Assembly (NCBI GenBank): GCA_964200185.2
Contig: CAXNAD020000037.1
Span: 1-37,700, forward strand
Direction of reading: 5' to 3'
Length of the DNA: 37,700 nt
From: Choristocarpus tenellus KU-1152
Lineage: Eukaryota; Protista; Phaeophyceae
This document shows positions 23,901-32,900 of the stretch, piece by piece. Under the pieces are notes generated by a model. It did not search any database, had not been told where the DNA came from, and was given only the letters and a program-made list of their open reading frames with translations. The translations under genes were made by a program, and so were the position numbers. The first letter of the stretch is position 1. Every line of letters begins with the position of its first letter.

Positions 23901-26900
23901 TATTAGTAGCAATAGGAGCAAATGGTGGTTATGTTGTTGTGCTTGTATGTCAAGGGCTTGAGATATCATGCCATGCCACCAGGTGGGGGGGGGGTTTGAT
24001 ACAGTTAATAAGGTTAGGGTTAGGTGTAAAGTGAGGATTTTCTTAGTGAAATTTTATTGACTTGAGCATGTGTTTGGTGTATGGTGTTAATTGTTGGGAA
24101 AGTGCTTTGGGGTAAAACATTTAACTTTTTGTTTTATTTTCTATTTTTTTTAGCATTTGTACAAATATTAATGAGTTCTTACTCACCTTACAAGGATCTT
24201 AATGTTTGTTACAATCTGTGATTATTGGTTGTTGATTGTTGGTTATTGATTGTACAGGAGAGCAGTGAGGAGGAAATGGATGATGATGTCAGTGATAGGG
24301 ATGATGAATCAGACTTCAGCAGTGACTTGTACACCAACCCTGGACCGGAGATGGTGCTCCTGGGTACCCTTCGCAAGGTGAACATTATCGCTGGAGGCCT
24401 CTTTTGTGCTCAGGAACATCTTTCACTATGAATCCTCCAATTGTGGTAATAGTAGTGATTTGTTGTAAATATTTGTGGGTAAGGTGGTATCTTCTTTAAA
24501 AGCTTAGTTGCTACAAATATGTTTGCGGGAATCATTAATATATCTTGTGAGTTAACAATCTTGAGAAAGGGATAGACCGTTGATTTTTGTTCTTATTCTG
24601 ACTCTGTAGTTGTCAGGTTGGGGTAGGGTAACTGCTTCATTAATTACACAAAAACCAGTTGTGACATTATAAAATGATTATGTAAATGTGTAGGGGTTTT
24701 TTCTTACAGCCAATATGTTAGGTGGTTGAGACCCTCTCAAATGATTACTCTATGCTTTCCTTCCATTCCTAACCTTAACCCTAACCTTAACCCAATGAAC
24801 TGATATGGGTTGATTGTGCACATTTATGTATCAAACCCTAACCCGTGTGTATGGATGTCATGCATTTATAATGATTCGGTTTTAGTTAGGTTCACATTTT
24901 TTTTTAAATTTCATTAGTATTTAATCACACACAAAATTTACCAGCATTTCTCACTCCTATAAGGGTTACACCAAACAAAACCAATTCGTAGGGCTGGATA
25001 CTATGACTGCTATTTTAATTTTAATTTTTCTTCCCTAATCTATTTTGAAAATATAAAATGAAATACAAAAAAAAATGCAGGACGACATCTTTGGAGTAGT
25101 ACCATTCTTGCTGTCAAAGGAGAACCAGGTGCCCACTTCTGGTCTGAATTTCACAGCCAATGATGATAACACAGTGGTGTTCTCAGTGGATACTGCATTC
25201 CTCAAGGGAGAGCTGCTCAAACCTAAGAAGGATATTACCTCTGCCTTTTACAAGTATCTTGCTGTCATTTTGGGGGAGAGGACAGAGGCGGCGGAGGATG
25301 CAATGTTCAACCGTAAGGTGTGTGATCAAATATTTATTCTTTGTAGGTGTGGTGTGTATTGTTTATTTTTGTTGAAATCAGTTGCAGAGCAGTGATTGTC
25401 TTGTGCTATGTAATAGGGTTAGGGTTAGGTTTAGGGTTAGGGTGAGTAAGTAAAAATTGAGTAGTGTATTTCTAGTTCCTTGAGCTATGCTTGAAATCAG
25501 TACAGAGTTTTTGGATAGTAGAATCTACTGAATTTGGTATTGTTTATAGTTGATTTGTTACTGTTATCGATTTTGATGGTGCTATTTTGATACATGATAT
25601 TTTGATGTATAATATTTTGATACATGCTATTTTGGACAGGTGCGAGAGAAGCGTTTGGAGGTTGCCAGGCTGGAGGAGGAGATGCTGGCAGCACAGTGGC
25701 AGGCAGAAGAGGAACAGGGCATTGGGGCAGACCCAGAAAAGGCCGGGGAGGCAGCCTTGGTACAAGGGACCATGACCAGGGACCAGGTATGCATGTGCAC
25801 GTCTGTATTGACATTGACACTGATGCCAGGCAGGGGGTTTGTTGGTTAGGGTTAGGGTGAGAAGCAGTAATGTTTTTTTCAAGTTGTGACATTTAGGTTG
25901 ACATTCAAATGTTGCCTTCTATTTCTTCATGGGTGGAAACAGAGCCAATTTTGGTCATGTTTGTGAGCAGTGTGTTTTCAAAATGGTGAAATGGCTGACT
26001 TTGTTTTGTGGATATTTTTACCATTAGTTAGCATCCTATTTCTTTTTCTTAGTATTATTAGTAATAAAGTCATAATGTGTGCTCTTCTTCTGTCCCTAAC
26101 CTTAACCTGAGGCAGACCAAAATGCCTGTACAAATATTGGGTTGATTGATACTTAATACAATGTTTACTTACGGGATTCTATGTGATCATTTTTGTTCTA
26201 AAATATATATTTGTGCCATATAGAGGTAACTTGAAGTAGTTGGTAGTTCTTTTTCTATTCATTTGATCAGGGTTAGGGTTAGGGAGGATATTGTACTATG
26301 TTCGCTTCTGTTACTATCGTTATTGCAAGGTTTAGTATTAGAGTTGGTACTAATGACTGTCACTGTGTGTGTATGTGCTTTGTATGTTTGTTGGTATGTT
26401 TGTGTGTGTGTGTGTTCAGGATATTCGGCAGCTGTTCAATTTCACTGCCACCGAGCATGTTGCTAGGGAATTCAAGGGACGCTATGTGTACTTTGACCAG
26501 GCAGAGAAAAAGGTGAGGTACTATCAAAGGTCATACTCTTCCACTAATAGTTGGAGTAGTTATTGTTACATCTTAAAGGGTAATGGGGGAGGCTGTATGT
26601 GAATGCCATCTCAGAGGGGGTGGCATTGAGTTTGAAGGTCCTCTATGACTGCGTTGTGGTGTTTATTTTGGTACTCCTGTGGAAGGCTATTTGGGATGTG
26701 TTCACAGATAACCTTTTTTGTACAGGTTTGTGCTCATTGCGGTTGTTGACTCTAACCCTAACCCTTTTCAGTCATGGACGTGGTCTATAATGGTCAAGGT
26801 CCTTAGAAGGCCTTTAAACCAAAAGGGATAAAATGGACCCCTCTTTTTGTTCATTCCACTTCAAACAACAAGAAACATTTGGTTAGAAGAATGAAGACCT

Positions 26901-29900
26901 TTACACATGCTTTATCTACTGATAGAGTAGTTTATACAGCCAATAGGATTGCATGCATGGATTGTGTGCAGGTGATAGAAAAGGGTGATGGTGGCCTTAA
27001 TTAACCTATCAGTATTAAAAAAACTGACCCCTGTGTGATCGAGATTCATTATATACCTTCAATGGTATCAACCTCACCCTTGTACCAACCCACTGTCCTC
27101 ATCTTTGCCAGAAGCAATATCTGATTTTTTTTTAAATGGCAACTTGACAGAGACTGGAGGTCTATTTTCCTCCCTGGTGGTGGTGCTATTAATGGCCCTG
27201 TCCCTGTTTGTTGCTGTTGTCTTATTTGTGCCTATAATACATGCCAGGTTTTGCATGAGGAAACTGGCGTGCTTATCCATGTTTGATTAAATTCTTGTGG
27301 GAATGTGTTGCGTTACATTGTCACTGATAGGATAATATTATGAAGTTAGGGTTAGGGTTATATGTTCAGAAGAGGAGGGGTTAGGGTTAGGGTTAGGTTT
27401 AGGGTTATCACCTCATTACCATGAGTACTCTTATAATATTTGTTGTGGGGTGACTGGAAACATAGAAGGAATTGGTATTATTTTAGAATTTGTGTAGTAA
27501 TCTTTGGGTTGAATTGAGAGATAGCTTTGAATGGAGCCATAGTTCCGAAGAATCATATCCTTGGTAAAACCTTTTTTTGCCCAGTATTCCCTTCACTATT
27601 ATCTTAAAAATATCATGGGTATGTAAGGTGTGTATATATTTTTGCAACTTTGGAAGTTGTGGATTTTTCATTTTTTTCTTGTGGAGCTGAACTGATGTTG
27701 AGGAATGTATCACTCCTTGGTTTAAATTGATATATTTTTAATATGTTACATTCCAATAGATAATTTTTAATTCTTATTTCCGTCCTAATTTTTTTTTAAT
27801 GTTTGTTGTACAGGAGGTGAAGATCACAGGTACCTTCTACATTACCACCCACTACTTTGCATTTGCTGGAAAGAAGATAGTGGATGTCAGTCACCTTGAG
27901 ATCAACCGGCAGTTCAAGGTGGGACATAGCCACAGTCAAATATTTACAAATATATATACATATGTTGTATATATATTTGGGAATGAAGTGTGGGGATGCC
28001 CTGATAGGACAGGGAAGGATATTCCCTGACTGGAGCTTTTTTTCATCTTCAATATTTTCTTTTTTATTACTGTATGTACACTGTATTCCACTGTATGTAT
28101 GCATATTGTATTCTACTGTATGCGTGAAGCTTATGTTATGTGTGTTATGTGTGTTCTATCTCCAGTATCAACTGATGCCAAAAGGTAGATTTTATAGTAA
28201 TAATATAATGTGTTAGAGTTATTATAAGTATTAGTAGTGTGTTTAAGGTAAATGGAGTTGACTGTTATTTGGACAGCACTATTATGACAATAATATCATC
28301 TTGGTATTTTCAAACATAATAGTGATTAATCGACTTGGCCTTGTCAAAGAGGATCAGCAACAGAATTAAGAACAAATGTCCACAGGGGGGGGTGACATAT
28401 TTGTTGCAAGGAGTGTTGCTATCATTGTCTATTTGATGTGTTTTGTAGAAGTTGATTTAAGAATAGCTTGCATGTATAGAAGGACGATTGGATGTGATCT
28501 GGTGCTCTTGACCTGTTGTGTATGGTTCATGGAGCTCTAGAGGTCTGAGCAGAATGCTCTCAAATTCAACTGTGGGAGATAAGCTAAGACGGGCTGGGTA
28601 ATGCATTGACTATGTGGTTCACATGTTTGATGCATTATCAGCAATGGCAGTGATCTGTAGGCTGTCCTGCCCTTCTTTTGCCCGTCAGTGGCATAGATAG
28701 TTTTAATATTTTAAACAAAATCACACATTGTTTTGGTGCATTATTATTAATATGTTGTTGCTGGTTCTGGTGCTGTTATGTGTGGTGTTTTTCAATTTGT
28801 GATATTTATGTTATTTATGATATTACTATTGTTGGTGCTGTTGATACTAATATTGTTGGTGCTGCTACTGTTCAGGATGTGATGCGTCACGATGAGGTTA
28901 TCACAATTCGCTATGCAGGCTCCAAGGGTGTACTCTTCACAAACTTGAGACAACAGAGGAAGCTCTTTGAGGTGAGATTGTAATGTCTTGACCACAATTG
29001 AATACTGTCCTATGAATGGTATATATTGAATAGTAGGATTAGTTGTTGGTGTTGATTGTACTGGATCATTGTACTAGGATCAGGAAGATGGCCATGGTAC
29101 CATTTTAATGTTTATGTATGTACATATTTCAAGGTGTACATTGATTTAAATGACAAGCAGGCTGCTTAGTGTGTATCTTGTGTCTGTCAAGGCATTTTGT
29201 GTACCTCATCATGTCATCAAGAGAGGTGTTGGGAGTTGATGTTTACATTTCTTTTCTGGATAATAGCAGTCTAGGGTTAGGGGTTTTGCCTCTCTGTTAA
29301 ATTGTTTTTATTCTCATTTTATTTTTATGTTTTTTTGTTGGGTGCATTAACTGCTGAGTGTCCGAACGGAGGGGTCTTGGTGATCATGTTCTATTCAAGG
29401 GGAATTGCTTTCATGTATTTGTAATAATGTGCTACAGTATGTATATGAGATTGTGGACTGTGTAATGGTAGTGAGCCATCTGAAAGCATGTATTGATTAA
29501 TTATATGAAAGTTTTGTATCAATACATACACATGAATATGTTTGCTTCTTGTGTATATTCCTTGAGCAGTATTCTAATTCGTTGTATGTGTTTATTGTGT
29601 ATATATTTTTATTTTGTACTATTCAATATTATGTATTGAATTCTGTGCATTCCTTGAGCGGTATTCCTATTCATAGTATGTGTGTATTGTGTGTACAGTT
29701 AATGCACCAATCCATGTTAAGGATATATTGTTGTGTTGATTGGTGCTGTATATATGTATTTTATTATTTATTTCCTCTTGTACCATGTGCCCATTCAACT
29801 GTTTGAATATTTTTTAGTAAATTGTTCCGTTATGATCTTAATGTTCTTAACATAGTGCTGTCCTTTTCGCATGTCACTAAACAAAACCAATACTATATTC

Positions 29901-32900
29901 CCCATACTGCAATCATAGTAATATAATAATATAAAGGGTGACGGGGTGACAATAATAATAATGATAATAACAGTAGAAATGCTGGAGTGTTCTGTGCTTT
30001 GATAAAATTTGCTGTTTTGTTAATTTTTGTTGTATGTTTTCATTACATCTTTTCTTTTCATCTGCCAGTACTTAACACTGCTGCAGCTTTACTTGTTCAA
30101 AGTGGGATCAGGGTTAGGGGTATTGTATGTATTGTATTGTATTGTGTGGTTTTAACTTGGGTGTGTTTTTGTTGCAGGTGAAGTCAGCCAATAGCAGGGA
30201 GGTCTTTTTCCGTGACTGCATGTCGAAGTGGAAGAGAGAGGATGAGGTGACCAGCAAGGAGATGCGAAAAACACTTAGGCGTAAGATGACCAGACTCAGT
30301 CTTGGATACCTCAACCAGGCAAGGACAGGGGAAGAATATGCAATTTTTTTGCTCAGTCGCATTTTTTTGGTTTAATATCATTATGTGTGTACTCAGTATC
30401 ATCATGTGAAGAAGGGGCTTACTACCTGAAGGGTGCATTCATACATCTTCTGGCAGTTTTGCATTGGATTTTATTTTGTAACCCCTTTGCAGTTTGCTGC
30501 ATTATGTTTTTTTAGGGAAGAGTTTCCTGCATGGTGGAGGTGTTACTAGAGAAGAGAGCACGCCTGAGAAAAGTAATGATTTAACTCATTTTTACTTCAC
30601 AAATTACCACAAATTGCTGTCTTTTTTTTAACAGACGGAGCAACTGACGCAGAAGAGCATTGGGGTACTCATGTCAGACATGTCTGAGAAGGAGAAGAAG
30701 CAGCTATTTGCTGGCAGCGTCCCCATTGGCCTCAACCGTAATCAGGTGAATTGTGTGTTTTAGTGATAGAGGTAAGGTTAGATTAGGGTCAGGGATGTAC
30801 GATTGTAATGTTGATGATGTTGTGTAGCAATTACAATGGTCATGGCTTACGTTAGTAGTACCTAAGTTGATAGGGTTAGAGCTGTCTGCCACTAGATTTT
30901 AATGTAATCAAGATGTTAATAGAGCTTTTTATGACGTATGACAAGAAACATTCCACTGGTCTGAATATTTTTTTGACTAGCCCTTCCACTGTCATGTCCC
31001 TTCACCACACAGCGCTGAAGTAGAATTAAGAGGGGTCAGGTTACCACCTGGGTTTTTTTTGTTGGTATGATGTAGCAGCGAACACCTTTTTGTAGCATGT
31101 ATTGGTATGATAGACTTAAAACACCCAACTTCAACAAAGTGTGCACCAACGGAATGTGAATGTGAAGACATATCCAAACATTATATGAGATCAAAGGTGT
31201 AACACACAAACTATTGTCATCTTTGGGTTCAGTTTATTGCCTCTTGGCAGGGCGAGGGTTGGGGTTCCTGATATCTCTCTCAATCATGACATGCCTCCAT
31301 TACCATTATTCTATATCTTTAGATGTCAGCTCTGCAATACGCTTATCCTTGTGTCATTCTAGCCTACCTAACCCTAACCCTTTGGGTGTGATTTTTTTGC
31401 TGTGGCGATGATACGGTGATGTGGTCAGGTGGTTATCGGTGAGCATAATTTCAACGACAATCTGTACCTTCTGTGCACTGGTATTGTCAGGGTACAGCGA
31501 GTTCAGGTGAGTTAGAGTTAAGGTTGTTCATGTCCATTACGTCAAAGAACCAGACAGTGTAACAAAGGTAGATATTTATTCCATGGATGTTGATTAGTGG
31601 GTGGAAGATTGAAGTCAAAGTGTTGTTGGTACTTGTGACGTAGACTTTTGCATTTCATTTTATTTTGTTTCATTTTTGACAAAACGCACGATTTTATTTT
31701 ATTTTGCAGTATGGTGATATGATGTATTATGAGTTGGTTGAGCGTTTGAATTTGGATCATGCTTTCTTGTGTTGCATAATATTCTATGTAGACTTCCTAC
31801 TTGGGAAAGGACACTGCTTGTTTTTTCTATCATGGATTTGAAAAATATGTGTTTGTATATATTTGTTATAGTTCTGTTAGCTAGTATTCACACTCACACC
31901 AGCATTGTTCAGTGAATTCATCCCTTAGGTAAATCATATTTATATTGATAATGATGCAATGACCTGACTATGTTCAGTGTTCTTGATAGCTGTCAGTCCA
32001 TAGTTGTGAGAATCTTGCACAGTCTGGTTCACTCCTAAACAAGGAAATTTGTCAGGCATGTCTCTGTCAAAGAGTCTTAATCACCAGTATTTACTACCTC
32101 TTGGATCAAATTTTTTCAGACTTGAAAAAAAACATATATGCTCGTCTTGCATTTTCTTGAAGGATTTTCTAGAAGGTATGTGGTGTAATTGTTGGTTATG
32201 TCAATTTTACCAATTGAGGATAGCTTCTAGCCTACTACACAAAAAGCATGTGAATGATTTTTTCCACTCCAGAGTACTTGGTATAGCGAAAAGGAAGAAG
32301 TAAATATTATTTGCCTAGCCTTGGGCGGTTATTGCAATTTTCAATTCTAGTTGATTTTTAATTACTCTTCTTTAGATCATTTAATTGGTACTTACCAGAA
32401 CTTGTGGTTGACAGCACTATGGTAACATGATGTTTTTGATAGCTACAATAAAATTCGGGATGTCGTGGCATTGGTTGGTCTCCTAACCCCCTTTAGGCCT
32501 TGACATGGTTAGATACCAGCACTTTGCATTGCGTGACTACTTTGACTTTGGCTATTTAGTGTAAGATATAATGTAAGATGAGGCATTAAGCACTCAACAT
32601 GCTATATCACCTTTGATTCCTTCACAACACCTCCATGTTGACTATTGTGAACTTAGACAGAAGTACTAGTCCAAATCAACCAAGTCTCCCCCTCAATATG
32701 ATACATAATATGGGTCGTTGTAATTATTTTGGTTACCTACGACATGGTGTTATTTCTTGAATGATATTTTTTGTCAATTTTTATGCTGTCGATTTATCAA
32801 GATGGGAGTTTATTCAATAGTACAATTACAAGTAGTCAGGATTTGAGTTTTTTCAGTTCATCACAATTGCTGAGGATCTATCACCATTATTTCAACAAAA

